Notes: a model not told the origin generated them from the sequence alone. Positions 1-10,878 are shown, numbered from the stretch's first letter. The stretch is 64,000 bases of DNA from Methylophilaceae bacterium (GCA_028823485.1 JAPKBG010000003.1:52898-116897); one strand, 5' to 3'. Made by a program: numbers and translations.

Positions 1-249
1 GTCAGACATGACAATGTCATTTTATATGCGACTTCATGGTGTGGCTATTGCAAAAAAACCAGAGCATTCTTAGCTGAAAACAATATACAGCACACAGAGT
101 ATGATATTGAAACAACCATGCGAGGCCGTGATGGCCATGAAGCATTAGGTGGCGGCGGTGTACCTGTGTTGGATATTAAGGGTAATGTGGTGCATGGCTA
201 CAATGTCAGAAAAATGTCGTCAATATTAAGGTCTCTTGATTTAATGTGA
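1..249 (+). CDS. Glutaredoxin/NrdH-like protein, 5'-truncated by window edge
   Basis: Frame 1 reads VILYATSWCGYCKKTRAFL...GGGGVPVLDIKG...M*; CxxC and cis-Pro (VP) motifs; not in the ORF track. Confidence 0.85.
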   Translation, partial: VRHDNVILYATSWCGYCKKTRAFLAENNIQHTEYDIETTMRGRDGHEALGGGGVPVLDIKGNVVHGYNVRKMSSILRSLDLM

Positions 250-268
250 CTGACTTCTAAAAACGACC

Positions 269-307
269 GCCAATAAAAAACCCGCAAGCTGCGGGTTTTT
301 TATTGGC
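269..307. terminator. Bidirectional intrinsic terminator
   Basis: Perfect 17-bp inverted repeat gccaataaaaaacccgc/gcgggttttttattggc between convergent genes. Confidence 0.9.
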
Positions 308-314
308 ATATCGC

Positions 315-974
315 TTATTTGGTGTAAGTTTTAACGCCATCGGCTGTTGCCAATAACAATACATCTGCTGAACGCGCTGCAAATAACCCATTAGTGACAA
401 CACCAACGATTTGATTCAGCTTCGCTTCGAAATCAACCGGATCGCTAATCGTTAAATTATGTACATCTAAAATCACATTGCCATTATCCGTTGTGAAGTC
501 ACGGAACTTAGGCTGACCACCTAGCTTAACAATTTCACGTGCCACTTGCGAGCGTGCCATTGGCAACACTTCTACTGGTAATGGAAATTTACCCATCACT
601 GGTACAAACTTCGTTTCATCACAAATACAGATGAATTTCTTAGCCACAGCAGCAACAATTTTCTCACGTGTTAATGCACCACCGCCGCCTTTTAACATAT
701 GTAGATGCTCAGTAATTTCATCAGCACCATCAACATAAATATCCATACCATCAACGTTATTCAAATCAAATACTTCAATCCCGTGGCCACGTAAAAGCTC
801 AGCTGTTGCTTCAGAACTAGCCACTGCACCTTCAATTTTGTGTTTAACTTTTGCCAACTCTTCAATAAAGTAATTAGCAGTAGAGCCTGTTCCAACACCA
901 ATAATGCCTTCTTTTACGTATTCAACCGCTGCTTTAGCAACCTGCTGTTTTAATTCATCTTGCGTATATGCCAT
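315..974 (-). CDS. rpiA: Ribose-5-phosphate isomerase A
   Basis: [23 protein letters not shown] motifs; start placed at [10 protein letters not shown]. Confidence 0.97.
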   Translation of the reverse strand: MAYTQDELKQQVAKAAVEYVKEGIIGVGTGSTANYFIEELAKVKHKIEGAVASSEATAELLRGHGIEVFDLNNVDGMDIYVDGADEITEHLHMLKGGGGALTREKIVAAVAKKFICICDETKFVPVMGKFPLPVEVLPMARSQVAREIVKLGGQPKFRDFTTDNGNVILDVHNLTISDPVDFEAKLNQIVGVVTNGLFAARSADVLLLATADGVKTYTK

Positions 975-1047
975 TTTAAGTAAATCCTTAACAAAGTCTT
1001 TATAATGTAACCAAGCATAACTATACACTGCTCCGCAAAATTTAAAC

Positions 1048-2571
1048 ATGTCAAAACTTACCCTACAAGGCTATCTCAACAACATCGAAAACTCTCATGT
1101 TTATGATGTGGCGATGAATACACCGCTTGATTTTCAACCAGTTTTATCGGCTCGACTCGGCAATCAAGTCTTGCTTAAACGCGAGGACATGCAGCCAATC
1201 TTTTCTTTCAAACTGCGTGGCGCTTATAACAAAATGGCCAATCTAACGGCCGAACAACTGAGTCGAGGTGTGATTGCCGCCAGTGCTGGCAACCATGCCC
1301 AAGGCGTAGCATTAGCGGCACAAAAGCTGAACTGCCGCGCCGTCATTGTGATGCCAACCACCACCCCGCGAATTAAAGTCAATGCAGTTAAAAGCCGTGG
1401 TGCTGAAGTGGTGTTAATCGGCGATAGTTATTCAGATGCTTATGAACATGCAACGAAGCTAGAGCAAACTGAACAGCTGACCTTTGTGCACCCCTATGAC
1501 GATCCTGATGTCATTGCGGGACAAGGCACGATAGGCATGGAGATTTTAGAAGCGCACCCTGAACCAATTGAAGCCATCTTCTGCTGTGTAGGCGGTGGCG
1601 GTTTAATTGCAGGTATTGCCGCTTACGTGAAGGCAAAGCGACCTGATATCAAAATTATTGGTGTCGAAGCAAAAGATGCTGAAGCAATGACAAAATCACT
1701 TAAAGAGCTGCAACGTATCACACTAGACCACGTCAGTTTGTTTGCCGATGGCGCTGCTGTTAAACAAGTTGGCGCACATACATTCGACTTATGTCAGCAA
1801 TATGTTGATGAAATGATTGTTGTCGACAATGATGCAATATGTGCGGCCATAAAAGATGTGTTTGAAGATACACGTAGCATTTTAGAACCAGCTGGTGCGC
1901 TTGCTGCCGCAGGCCTTAAGGCCTACGCTGAACGAGAGGGGGTTACTAACAAAACCTTAATCGGTATCGCTTCAGGTGCCAATATGAATTTCGATCGTTT
2001 ACGCTTCATTGCGGAACGTGCAGAGGTTGGTGAAAAGCGTGAGGCTGTACTAGCTGTTACGATTCCAGAAAAGCCTGGCGCTTTTAAAGCCTTCTGCCGC
2101 TTATTGGGCGACCGTAATATCACTGAGTTTAATTACCGTTATTCTGATACAAATGAAGCCCACATTTATGTAGGTGTCGCAGTCCATGATCCAGCAGAAA
2201 CTGTTGGTTTAGTTGCTAATTTAGAAGCGGAACATTTAGCCACTGTAGACCTCACCGATAATGAAATGGCAAAATTACATTGCCGCCATTTAGTCGGTGG
2301 ACGAGCGCCATTGGCGATACACGAAGTGGTGTATCGATTTGAGTTTCCAGAAAAACCATATGCTCTGATGCATTTTTTAGACAAAATGGGCCACGACTGG
2401 AATATCAGCTTATTCCACTACCGCAATCATGGCGCCGACTTTGGTCGCGTACTAGTCGGCATACAAGTGCCGCCAACTGAAATTAATGATTTTACCGATT
2501 TCCTAAACAGCTTAGGTTATCCATACTGGGATGAAAATGAGAACCCTGCTTACAAACTATTCTTAAGCTAA
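1048..2571 (+). CDS. ilvA: Biosynthetic threonine dehydratase
   Basis: SFKLRGA PLP lysine, SAGNHAQG, two C-terminal ACT-like regulatory domains. Confidence 0.97.
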   Translation: MSKLTLQGYLNNIENSHVYDVAMNTPLDFQPVLSARLGNQVLLKREDMQPIFSFKLRGAYNKMANLTAEQLSRGVIAASAGNHAQGVALAAQKLNCRAVIVMPTTTPRIKVNAVKSRGAEVVLIGDSYSDAYEHATKLEQTEQLTFVHPYDDPDVIAGQGTIGMEILEAHPEPIEAIFCCVGGGGLIAGIAAYVKAKRPDIKIIGVEAKDAEAMTKSLKELQRITLDHVSLFADGAAVKQVGAHTFDLCQQYVDEMIVVDNDAICAAIKDVFEDTRSILEPAGALAAAGLKAYAEREGVTNKTLIGIASGANMNFDRLRFIAERAEVGEKREAVLAVTIPEKPGAFKAFCRLLGDRNITEFNYRYSDTNEAHIYVGVAVHDPAETVGLVANLEAEHLATVDLTDNEMAKLHCRHLVGGRAPLAIHEVVYRFEFPEKPYALMHFLDKMGHDWNISLFHYRNHGADFGRVLVGIQVPPTEINDFTDFLNSLGYPYWDENENPAYKLFLS

Positions 2572-2757
2572 TGCATGTCGTGTTTGTATTTAGCCAATGG
2601 TGCAGCCAGTGTTTTGGTTATAATCAACCACCTAAAACCCTTTGGCTATTTTAAGTCACTGTCTAATCACGCTAAAATTAGTCGAACAACCAAGCATAGT
2701 TCTTGCATGATTACTTAGCTAGGCTTTATTAACTAGATCACACTTTGGAGAAAAAGA

Positions 2758-3897
2758 ATGAAAGTTATACCAACCTTTAACAAAGCAAGCATCAGCTTAC
2801 TCATGCTGGCACTCGTTGCTGGTATTGCTGGCTGTAGCCAAGAGCAAGCTACTGAAGCAGCAACAGACACAATGGCTGAAGAAGTTATTAGTGAAGCATC
2901 AAGCGGACTTGCCTATGTAACAAGCCAGAAATCTGATACTGCCGGCGTTAGTGTGATTGACCTTGCTACGATGGAAGTCGTGAACACATTTGACGTCAAA
3001 GCAGAAGGCCCTAGAGGCTTAGGCATTACTGAGGATGGCACGAAACTCATTGTTGCCACACGTGAAAACTCTAGCATTTCTGTGATTGATACAGCAACAG
3101 GTGAAGTGCTTCAACAAATCGAAGTGGGTAAAAATCCTGAGTTTGTTCGTGTAAGAGGTAACTTTGTCTTTATTTCATCAGAGCCAAGCGCAGTAGGTGG
3201 CCCTCCACCAAAACCTGGTTCAAAAGAAGCTGAAGAAGATGACGATGATGATGACAAAATCCCAGCGCGTATTGCGATTGTTGATTTAGCCAAAGGTGAG
3301 AAAATTAAAGAAATCGTCGGCGGCCCAGAAACAGAAGGCATTGAGTTTTCTGCTGACGGTCAAGAGATTGTGATTACCAACGAAGCTGACAACACCATCA
3401 CTGTCCATAACATTGAAACAGGTGAGTTAGTGAAAACGATTCACACGCATGAATATGGCGATCGTCCTCGTGGCATCAAAGTATCACCTGATGGCAAAAC
3501 ATACTTAGCAACACTTGAATACGGCAACAAATTCATGGTGCTAGATGCAGACTACAACGTTGTACGTGTGGTTGATACTGGAAAAGTACCTTACGGCATT
3601 TCTTTTGATTCAACTGGCGAGCATATTTATGTTGCGGCCAATAAAGAAAAAGCACTGCAAGTATTTGATGCAAAAACTTACGAGAAAATTAAAGACATTC
3701 CAACAGGGAACCGTTGCTGGCACTTTAGTTTCACGCCAGATGAGAAGCAGCTATTACTCGCTTGTGGAAAATCTGACGCAGTCTTTGTGATTGATACAGA
3801 GAAACAAGAAGTCACAAAAGAAATTCCAGTGGCTGATATGCCTTGGGGCATTGTAACTTACCCTAAATCAATGGGTAGTTTAGATACTAAGTTTTAA
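2758..3897 (+). CDS. YVTN/YncE-type beta-propeller lipoprotein
   Basis: Lipobox IAG-C; repeated blades (AYVTSQ, GPRGLGITEDG, PRGIKVSPDG, PYGISFD, PWGIV). Confidence 0.8.
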   Translation: MKVIPTFNKASISLLMLALVAGIAGCSQEQATEAATDTMAEEVISEASSGLAYVTSQKSDTAGVSVIDLATMEVVNTFDVKAEGPRGLGITEDGTKLIVATRENSSISVIDTATGEVLQQIEVGKNPEFVRVRGNFVFISSEPSAVGGPPPKPGSKEAEEDDDDDDKIPARIAIVDLAKGEKIKEIVGGPETEGIEFSADGQEIVITNEADNTITVHNIETGELVKTIHTHEYGDRPRGIKVSPDGKTYLATLEYGNKFMVLDADYNVVRVVDTGKVPYGISFDSTGEHIYVAANKEKALQVFDAKTYEKIKDIPTGNRCWHFSFTPDEKQLLLACGKSDAVFVIDTEKQEVTKEIPVADMPWGIVTYPKSMGSLDTKF

Positions 3898-3915
3898 TTC
3901 ACTTAAAGCAATTAA

Positions 3916-3946
3916 GGGAAAGCCTCGCATTGCGAGGCTTTTTTCC
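3916..3946 (+). terminator. Intrinsic terminator
   Basis: aaagcctcgca-t-tgcgaggcttttttt hairpin plus T tract. Confidence 0.85.
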
Positions 3947-4096
3947 TAATAGCTTCCGTACAGTTAAAAGACTAACACTTCCCCTTTACCATCAGATCGC
4001 TATACTCATCAGGTGAAATCAAACCATGAAATTATGTGCATACCATGCATTTTCTTTTGGTATCATAAGTGAAGTTTACAACATTAGGTTAATCGC

Positions 4097-4456
4097 ATGG
4101 CGTGTAACGTTTTAGGCACCAATTTACAAGTGTGTGGATTAACACCCCTTACTGGATTTACGCGCACTGGCTGTTGCGATACAGGACCAGAAGATTTAGG
4201 TAGCCATACGGTTTGTGTACAAGTAACGGATGAATTTCTCGCATTCTCTATATCACAAGGCAATGATTTAAGCACGCCAAGGCCCGAGCATGATTTTAAA
4301 GGGCTAAAAGCTGGTGACCGCTGGTGCCTTTGCGCCGCACGTTGGCTAGAAGCCAGTCAGGATGGCTTTGCGCCGCCAGTGATCTTAGAGGCGTGTCATG
4401 AAAAGTGTTTGGATGTTGTCAGTCTAGCTGATTTGAAATATCACGAGCTACGTTAA
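4097..4456 (+). CDS. DUF2237-family protein
   Basis: NVLG..L..C...PLTGF.R.GCC.TGPED.G.HTVC and GDRWCLCA.RW motifs. Confidence 0.88.
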   Translation: MACNVLGTNLQVCGLTPLTGFTRTGCCDTGPEDLGSHTVCVQVTDEFLAFSISQGNDLSTPRPEHDFKGLKAGDRWCLCAARWLEASQDGFAPPVILEACHEKCLDVVSLADLKYHELR

Positions 4457-4498
4457 AGCCCGCAGGTTTTGTATGACTGAAGTCAAATCAAAGAAAGT

Positions 4499-4604
4499 AA
4501 TTTAGATTTTATCGATGTAAGTGCAAGGCGCTTGAACGGACACAGTACGATTAGTACGATGAGAGAACAGCAGCGCCGCAGTTGTATTGCTAAAATGAAA
4601 ATTT
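4499..4604. repeat. Palindromic MITE/RPE-like element, copy A
   Basis: Long imperfect outer stem enclosing gtgcaaggcg...gtacgattagtac-gatgag...cagcgccgca; shares core with 44333-44470. Confidence 0.55.
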
Positions 4605-4605
4605 A

Positions 4606-4802
4606 TTTTCTCTGGTGTTACCTGAACCTTAATCCTGAACCTGTAAGGATCAGGTGGTAACAACTTAAGGCATTTTAGGCTCACTCACCAAGAGTCGCTT
4701 AAAAGCAAACTCAATTTAGAGCAATCACACCATGCCTGATGAGTCGAAACCTATTGTGTAAACTAGTTCAAGGAATATTGATTCAGGCAACACCAGAGAA
4801 AA
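4606..4802 (-). ncRNA. ssrS: 6S RNA
   Basis: Ends pair (ttttctctggtgtt/aacaccagagaaaa); ttccttgaac, gcctaaaatgcc, ggttcaggat blocks; canonical position downstream of zapA. Confidence 0.88.
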
Positions 4803-4858
4803 CAAATTGAATGATAGAGCAGAGATGTGACACGATTTTCATGAGTTAGCTTTGTTGA

Positions 4859-5164
4859 TTACAGTAATTTATTTTGCTCTGCAATGGCTTCATCAATTTG
4901 ATTCTGCATTACAGCAATCCTACGCTTATAATCGCCAATGTCAACGCCGCCACTTTTTGTATTGAGCACTTCATGAGAGAGATTCAAGGCTGCCATCATT
5001 GCGATACGCTCTACACCCACCACCTTGCCAGAATCTCGTATATCGCGCATTTTTTTTTCAAGGTAGTCAACGGCATCCATCAGCGCCTGACGCTCCTCAT
5101 CGGTGCAGGAAACGGTGAATTCACGGCCCATAATTTGTACGTCTACTGACTTTGCTTTACTCAT
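4859..5164 (-). CDS. zapA: Cell division protein ZapA
   Basis: V.IMGREF.V.C...E...L..AV.YL..KMR.IR, ERIAMMAALN. Confidence 0.93.
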   Translation of the reverse strand: MSKAKSVDVQIMGREFTVSCTDEERQALMDAVDYLEKKMRDIRDSGKVVGVERIAMMAALNLSHEVLNTKSGGVDIGDYKRRIAVMQNQIDEAIAEQNKLL

Positions 5165-5346
5165 GCGGCCTCTTCACCTTGTGGCAGTTTTTCTAATAGT
5201 CCTTCGAGCCTAACACTAGCTTGCGCCATCTTATTTTTTAATGCGTCTGATTTCTCACGTAACCCCTCGTTTTCTTCGCGCAGGGAACCGCACAAAGCAA
5301 TCAGCTTTGATATTCTTTCTTCTAGTTCTTTTATATCGTCATCCAT
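5161..5346 (-). CDS. Small coiled-coil ZapB-like protein
   Basis: LEERISKLIALC..LREEN..LR heptads; overlaps zapA start; start taken at MDDDIK. Confidence 0.7.
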   Translation of the reverse strand: MDDDIKELEERISKLIALCGSLREENEGLREKSDALKNKMAQASVRLEGLLEKLPQGEEAA

Positions 5347-5487
5347 AGCCCCACTATAATTGAAAAATTCTATATTAGTCAACAGCTAACATGGGCTATT
5401 CAAAGTAAATTAACATAATTAACATTGTGTTGCATTCAAGTATTCGTTGTTTTTTCTTAAACATCCATTATAATCCCTAATGTTGTC

Positions 5488-5672
5488 AGGTGCCTTGTTG
5501 CTTTTCAAGTAACGAGGTGAAACTGGGAAATAGGTGAGTTAGAGTATATTTAATAAGTCCTATGCTGCCCCCGCAACGGTAAGTGAGTTTACATTTGATT
5601 TTGCAACCAGCCACTGAGCTTTAAAGCTTGGGAAGGCGCAACATCTAATCTCACAAGCCCGGAGACCGGCCT
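5488..5672 (+). promoter_or_regulatory. Cobalamin riboswitch aptamer
   Basis: aggtgc...gggaa.aggtg, ctgcccccgcaacggtaa, gccactg...gggaaggc, agcccggagaccggcct; upstream of btuB. Confidence 0.96.
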
Positions 5673-5814
5673 CGCAACAACCAGCCTAATATTAGGCGCG
5701 CTAGGAAATGCCGCGGGGTGCGGTCATCAAAAGCTGCACTGCTCTTATTGAATTCGTTGCCATTGCATCAACTTAATTACACAGTATGCATTTTGTCTGC
5801 TCTACCCTTCTACA

Positions 5815-5860
5815 TTCCCTAGTTTTAAACATACATGCGGGGTCGCATGTCATTAGGGAA
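5815..5860 (+). promoter_or_regulatory. RBS-sequestering hairpin of the riboswitch expression platform
   Basis: ttcccta...tagggaa pairs over the btuB SD, with inner stem acatgcg-gggt-cgcatgt. Confidence 0.65.
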
Positions 5861-5865
5861 AAGTA

Positions 5866-7725
5866 ATGAACAAAACAATTATCGCCAGTCTAATCGGACT
5901 AGCATTTACACCTTTGGCTTTCTCAGCTGAAAATATTAATGTTGATGATGTTGTCATATCGGCGACAAGAACAGCACAATCCAGTAAAAATGTGGTTGCA
6001 GACGTTACAGTGATTGGCCGTGAAGAAATCGAGCGAGCAGGTGCCGCATCCGTTTCTGATATTTTAAGTAGACAACCTGGCGTACAAATTACGACAAATG
6101 GTGGTGCTGGAAAAGCTAGCAGTATCTTCTTACGCGGCACCAATTCTAGCCATGTCGTGGTATTAGTTGATGGCTTACGTATCAACTCAGCAACATTAGG
6201 TACGACTTCATTTGAAAATATTCCAGTCGCACAAATCGAAAAAATCGAAATCTTACGAGGCCCAGCATCCAGTTTATACGGTGCGGATGCTATCGGCGGT
6301 GTGATTCAAATTTTCACTAAAAGAAATTTATCAGAAAAACCACGCATTCATGCAGCAACTGGCTTAGGTTCTTACGGTACAAAAACAGCAGAAGCTGGCA
6401 TTGGTGGTAAGTATAAGGATTTGCAATACGGCTTAAACGTTAGTCATTTTGATACCAATGGATTCTCATCTATCCGCAAACGTGGCGGTACTTTCGACAA
6501 AGATAACGATGCTTATAGCAACTTAAGTGCATCTGGCTTTCTTGAGCTAACATTAAAACCAGGCCATACATGGGGCCTGCAATTTTTTGAAAGCCAAGGA
6601 CGGAATGAAAACGACAGTGGCAATGATAACTTCGATGACTATGGCAAGCAAACTTTACAAAGCTACGCATTTACCAGTAAAAACCAATTTTCAGACTTTT
6701 GGCACAGCACATTCACGTTAGGTGTCGGTGTCGATCGCTCAAAAAATTACTCTGCAAGTGGCATCAGTAAGTTCCGTACAAACCAACAACAAATCACATG
6801 GCAAAATGATTTAACCCTGCCACTTGGCACATTAACGCTAGCTTATGACCACCTCGGTCAAAAAATAGATAGCTCAAATAACTATGCAGAAGACGAACGC
6901 AACACTGACGGTTTTTTAGTCAGCTATTTGCTTAATCAAGGTAATCACACGTTACAAGCGTCACTGAGAGAGGACCATAACTCACAGTATGGTAACTACA
7001 CAACTGGCGGACTAGGTTACGGCTATCGCTTTACGCCGGCATGGCGTATTTCTGCTAACTATGGCAAAGCCTTTAAAGCACCGACCTTTAACCAACTATA
7101 CTACCCAAATTTTGGCAACCCTGCTTTAGCGCCTGAAAAATCTGATAATGTCGATGTGGCCGTTCAATATACAGGGACGCGTTTCAACGGTGGTATCACA
7201 GTGTTTCAAAACAAAATCAGAAGCCTAATTGCCAATGCAGGACCAGCTGCTGGCACTTGTACATATGCGGGATACTGCCCTTTCAACGTAGGAAAAGTTG
7301 ACATTCAAGGCATCACATTTGATGGACAATGGGATATTACAGACAGCCTGTTGCTCAGTGGCAACTATACGGTTCAATCTCCACGCGATGAGCAAACTGA
7401 CCAGTTATTAGTCCGCAGAAGTAACCGTTACGGTGCAATTAACCTATTGCATTCTGTAGGTGATTTACAGTGGGGTGCTGAAGTATCTGGCACTTCAACT
7501 CGCTATAACAATGCAGCAAATACCAAGCAAATGGGCGGTTATATGCTCGTTAACTTAACGGCTAATTACAAACTGAATGCTGAATGGAAGCTGGAAGCAC
7601 GTGCTAATAACATGCTTGATAAAGAGTATGCGCTTGCATTCACAGGGAATGGTGACACTTCACCAGCCTACAATACTGCAGGTAGTAATCTGTTCGCTGG
7701 CTTACGTTACGACATGAAACCATAA
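5866..7725 (+). CDS. btuB: TonB-dependent cobalamin receptor
   Basis: TonB box DVVISATR, plug motifs (IFLRG, IEILRGPASSLYGADAIGGVI), FKAPTFNQLY; riboswitch upstream. Confidence 0.93.
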   Translation: MNKTIIASLIGLAFTPLAFSAENINVDDVVISATRTAQSSKNVVADVTVIGREEIERAGAASVSDILSRQPGVQITTNGGAGKASSIFLRGTNSSHVVVLVDGLRINSATLGTTSFENIPVAQIEKIEILRGPASSLYGADAIGGVIQIFTKRNLSEKPRIHAATGLGSYGTKTAEAGIGGKYKDLQYGLNVSHFDTNGFSSIRKRGGTFDKDNDAYSNLSASGFLELTLKPGHTWGLQFFESQGRNENDSGNDNFDDYGKQTLQSYAFTSKNQFSDFWHSTFTLGVGVDRSKNYSASGISKFRTNQQQITWQNDLTLPLGTLTLAYDHLGQKIDSSNNYAEDERNTDGFLVSYLLNQGNHTLQASLREDHNSQYGNYTTGGLGYGYRFTPAWRISANYGKAFKAPTFNQLYYPNFGNPALAPEKSDNVDVAVQYTGTRFNGGITVFQNKIRSLIANAGPAAGTCTYAGYCPFNVGKVDIQGITFDGQWDITDSLLLSGNYTVQSPRDEQTDQLLVRRSNRYGAINLLHSVGDLQWGAEVSGTSTRYNNAANTKQMGGYMLVNLTANYKLNAEWKLEARANNMLDKEYALAFTGNGDTSPAYNTAGSNLFAGLRYDMKP

Positions 7726-7776
7726 ATTCAGGTTAAAATTGCAACTATTAATTGAATATCACAGATGGAGCAGTCA

Positions 7777-8346
7777 ATGTTAACACTTTCTAAAACCCAC
7801 CAAATCATCATTGGTGTGGCACTTGCAGCACTAGTCTTTGTTACGCGTGGCGACCACTTTTCCTCGCTCAACAACTTACCTGCGGCATCATTGTCAGTGT
7901 TTTTCTTGGCTGGCTTCTATCTACGTCCTAGTTGGTTTTTCCCTGCATTACTAGCACTCTGTTTTGGGATTGATTTCTATGCCATCACAAAGGGCGGCGT
8001 TAGCAGCTTCTGCGTGACGCCATCTTATGGCTTCTTATTGCCTGCTTACGGCACACTTTGGCTAGCGGGTCGTTGGTTTAACAATCAATACAGCTTTAGC
8101 GGCAAAGCATTACTACCTCTTGTTGGCAGTGTTGCAGTTGCTGCTTTTGTCAGTGAGTTACTCTCTAGCGGTGGCTTCTACTTCTTTGGTGGTCGTTTTG
8201 CTGACCCTACGTTTGCAGTGTTCGGTGAACGCTTAATGAAGTACTTCCCTCAGCAATTAGACGGTATTGGCTTTTGGTTGGTTACTGCACTCGTAGTACA
8301 TGTTGTATTCACGCTAGCGAATCGCGTTAACCGCGCTAAAGCATAA
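7777..8346 (+). CDS. btuM: Solitary ECF-type S-component cobalamin transporter
   Basis: Multi-TM; TRxxH, LPxAS, GGVSxFCVxPxY, GGFYFFxGRFADPT match remembered BtuM; SD ggag at 7767. Confidence 0.85.
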   Translation: MLTLSKTHQIIIGVALAALVFVTRGDHFSSLNNLPAASLSVFFLAGFYLRPSWFFPALLALCFGIDFYAITKGGVSSFCVTPSYGFLLPAYGTLWLAGRWFNNQYSFSGKALLPLVGSVAVAAFVSELLSSGGFYFFGGRFADPTFAVFGERLMKYFPQQLDGIGFWLVTALVVHVVFTLANRVNRAKA

Positions 8347-8951
8347 TGACTGATACTGGCATCAATGCGCGCCACAAGGCGCGCATGGAGCGCAAAAAAG
8401 CACATATTGACCAGTCTATCGAAAAAGCAGACCAAGAAAAGGGTCTGCTTTTAGTTTTAACGGGCAATGGTAAAGGCAAAAGTTCTTCTGCATTTGGCAT
8501 GATGGCGCGATCATTAGGCTATGGCATGAAAGTCGGTGTGGCGCAGTTTATCAAAGGCCGTAGCGATACTGGTGAAGAAGCTTTTTTTGCGCGGCAAGAA
8601 AACGTAGAGTGGCATGTCTTAGGTGAAGGCTTTACTTGGAACACCCAAGACCGTGAAGGCGATATCAAAACAGCCATCGCGGGCTGGGAAACCACTAAAA
8701 CCATGCTGCAAAACCCTGAGATTGCATTAGTCATTCTAGATGAACTAACCTACCCCATTAAATATGGCTACCTTGATGAAGCCACGATTCTGGCTGATAT
8801 CGCAGCACGCCCTTCCCAACAGCATGTCGTTGTGACTGGTCGTGGCGCGTCTGAGGCCTTCATTGAATTAGCTGATACAGTGAGCGAGCTTAAAGATGTT
8901 AAACATGCATACAGAGCTGGCATCAAGGCACAAGCTGGCATCGACTTATAA
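8346..8951 (+). CDS. cobO: Corrinoid adenosyltransferase (CobO/BtuR)
   Basis: TGNGKGKSSSAFG, QFIKG, GEGFTW, LDEL, VTGR, KH.Y..GIKAQ.GID. Confidence 0.95.
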   Translation: MTDTGINARHKARMERKKAHIDQSIEKADQEKGLLLVLTGNGKGKSSSAFGMMARSLGYGMKVGVAQFIKGRSDTGEEAFFARQENVEWHVLGEGFTWNTQDREGDIKTAIAGWETTKTMLQNPEIALVILDELTYPIKYGYLDEATILADIAARPSQQHVVVTGRGASEAFIELADTVSELKDVKHAYRAGIKAQAGIDL

Positions 8952-10213
8952 TGCAATGTCCTGCTGCTCTTGTTTCAGCGCCAGCCTCTGGGCAAGGTAA
9001 GACTTTAGTAGCATCTGCCATGGCCCGCGCTTGGCGTGACCAAGGCCTTAATGTCATTGCCTTTAAATGCGGGCCTGACTTCATTGATAGCATGGTATTA
9101 AAAGCCGCCACGGGCAATCCCGTTTACAACTTAGATTTAGGTATGTGCGGATTAGCCGATGGCCAAGCGCAACTCCACCATGCAGCACAATCTGCCGATG
9201 TCATTATCTTAGAAGGCGTGATGGGTTTATATGATGGCACACCATCAACAGCCGACATTGCCAAAGCCTTTAATATTCCTGTTGCATTAGTGATTGATGC
9301 CAGTGGCATGGCACAAACCTTTGCAGCCATTACACACGGCTTATATGATTTTGACCCTGCCATCATCAAAGCAGGCGTTGTCGCCAATAAAGTCGGTAGT
9401 GCAGGCCATGCAAAAATGCTAGAAGCGGCATTACTAACAGAAACACCATGGTTGGGTGCGGTAGCGAGAGATGAACAATTCAGCCTGCCAGAAAGGCACT
9501 TAGGCCTACATCTAGCCAATGAAATTACCGATTTAGATGCGCGCATTTCCGAGGCATCCAAAGCGTTAACGGTTAATGGCGATTTAGCATTACCGCCAAC
9601 TGTTTCTTTTGAGGCCCCCGCGCACAATACAACCGATCAGTTACTGGCTGGCAAAACCATTGCCATCGCACGTGATGCTGCTTTTTGTTTTATCTATCCA
9701 GCCAATATCGATTGCTTAGAAGCACTCGGTGCTACGCTGATTTACTTTTCATTGCTCAACGACAATGCGCTACCAGAAGCCGATGCTTATTGGATCCCTG
9801 GTGGGTACCCTGAATTGCATTTAGAAATCATTCAACAAAACAGCGAAATGCGTACGAGTTTAGCGAAAGCAGTTGCTGACAACAAGCCAATACTCGCGGA
9901 GTGTGGTGGCATGATGGCGCTAGGTGAAACCTTAAATGGTAGCCCTACTTTTGGCTTACTAGCAGGTAATAGTCAGATTCAGACCAAGCTACAAGGGCTA
10001 GGCACGCAGCATCTGGAAACAGATGTGGGCACGATAGGTGCACATACTTTTCATTATGGAAAGTTTGAATCGTCAATTACGCCAAGCCATACTGCCAAAG
10101 GTAAATATGGCGCAGGTGAGGCGATTTACCAGTACAAAAGTATCACAGCGAGTTTCCTACACTTTTACTTTCCGTCTAACCACCAACTCACTGCAGCATT
10201 TTTCACGTCATGA
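8951..10213 (+). CDS. cobB: Cobyrinate a,c-diamide synthase
   Basis: SGQGKT, FKCGPDFID, EGVMGLYDG, LPERHLGL, GGYPE, AECGG. Confidence 0.93.
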   Translation: MQCPAALVSAPASGQGKTLVASAMARAWRDQGLNVIAFKCGPDFIDSMVLKAATGNPVYNLDLGMCGLADGQAQLHHAAQSADVIILEGVMGLYDGTPSTADIAKAFNIPVALVIDASGMAQTFAAITHGLYDFDPAIIKAGVVANKVGSAGHAKMLEAALLTETPWLGAVARDEQFSLPERHLGLHLANEITDLDARISEASKALTVNGDLALPPTVSFEAPAHNTTDQLLAGKTIAIARDAAFCFIYPANIDCLEALGATLIYFSLLNDNALPEADAYWIPGGYPELHLEIIQQNSEMRTSLAKAVADNKPILAECGGMMALGETLNGSPTFGLLAGNSQIQTKLQGLGTQHLETDVGTIGAHTFHYGKFESSITPSHTAKGKYGAGEAIYQYKSITASFLHFYFPSNHQLTAAFFTS

Positions 10214-10878
10214 ATCATAGTTACCCAGATCGAGATAAAGCAGCCATTTACAAAGTGATTGCTGAGCGTCGCGATATGCGCCACTTTTTGCCTAATCCCA
10301 TTTCACCTGAATTACTGACCAAGCTACTGCATGCGGCGCATCATGCCCCGAGTGTTGGCCTGATGCAGCCTTGGCGCTTTATTCGTATCAGCAGTACTGA
10401 TATACGCAAAGCCATTCACCAGCAAGTGAATGAAGAGCGCGCTAAAACCGCAGAGGCCATCGGTGAATATGAAACCACTGCGCGTATGGCTGAGTTTATG
10501 CGCTTGAAGGTCGAAGGTGTTTTAGATTGTGGTGAATTACTGGTTGCAACTTTGTGTGACGATAGGGAGAAGCATATTTTCGGCCGCCGCACATTGCCAG
10601 AAATGGACTTAGCTTCTGTTAGCTGTGCGATTCAAAATATTTGGTTAGCCGCGAGAGCTGAGGGGATAGGTATGGGTTGGGTTAGCTTATTTGACCCAGA
10701 GAAACTCGCTATCTTATTAAAGATACCTAAAGGGGCAAAACCTATTGCCATTTTATGCTTAGGTTATGTAAATAATTTTTATAAAGAACCGATGTTAGTA
10801 GAAGAAGGCTGGTCGGAAGAAAAACCATTAGCTGAGATGTTGATGGAAAATCAGTGGGAAAGCGACGTCACAAAATGA
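10210..10878 (+). CDS. bluB: 5,6-dimethylbenzimidazole synthase
   Basis: RRDMRHF, APSVGLMQPWRF, AIQNIWLAARAEGIGMGWVS. Confidence 0.95.
   Translation: MNHSYPDRDKAAIYKVIAERRDMRHFLPNPISPELLTKLLHAAHHAPSVGLMQPWRFIRISSTDIRKAIHQQVNEERAKTAEAIGEYETTARMAEFMRLKVEGVLDCGELLVATLCDDREKHIFGRRTLPEMDLASVSCAIQNIWLAARAEGIGMGWVSLFDPEKLAILLKIPKGAKPIAILCLGYVNNFYKEPMLVEEGWSEEKPLAEMLMENQWESDVTK

Noticed and set aside
975..1049. N-terminal extension of RpiA in the ORF track
   Set aside because: Would occupy the rpiA/ilvA divergent promoter region; homology starts at MAYTQDELK
4502..4684. 60-aa minus-strand ORF
   Set aside because: Lies across 6S RNA and the palindromic element
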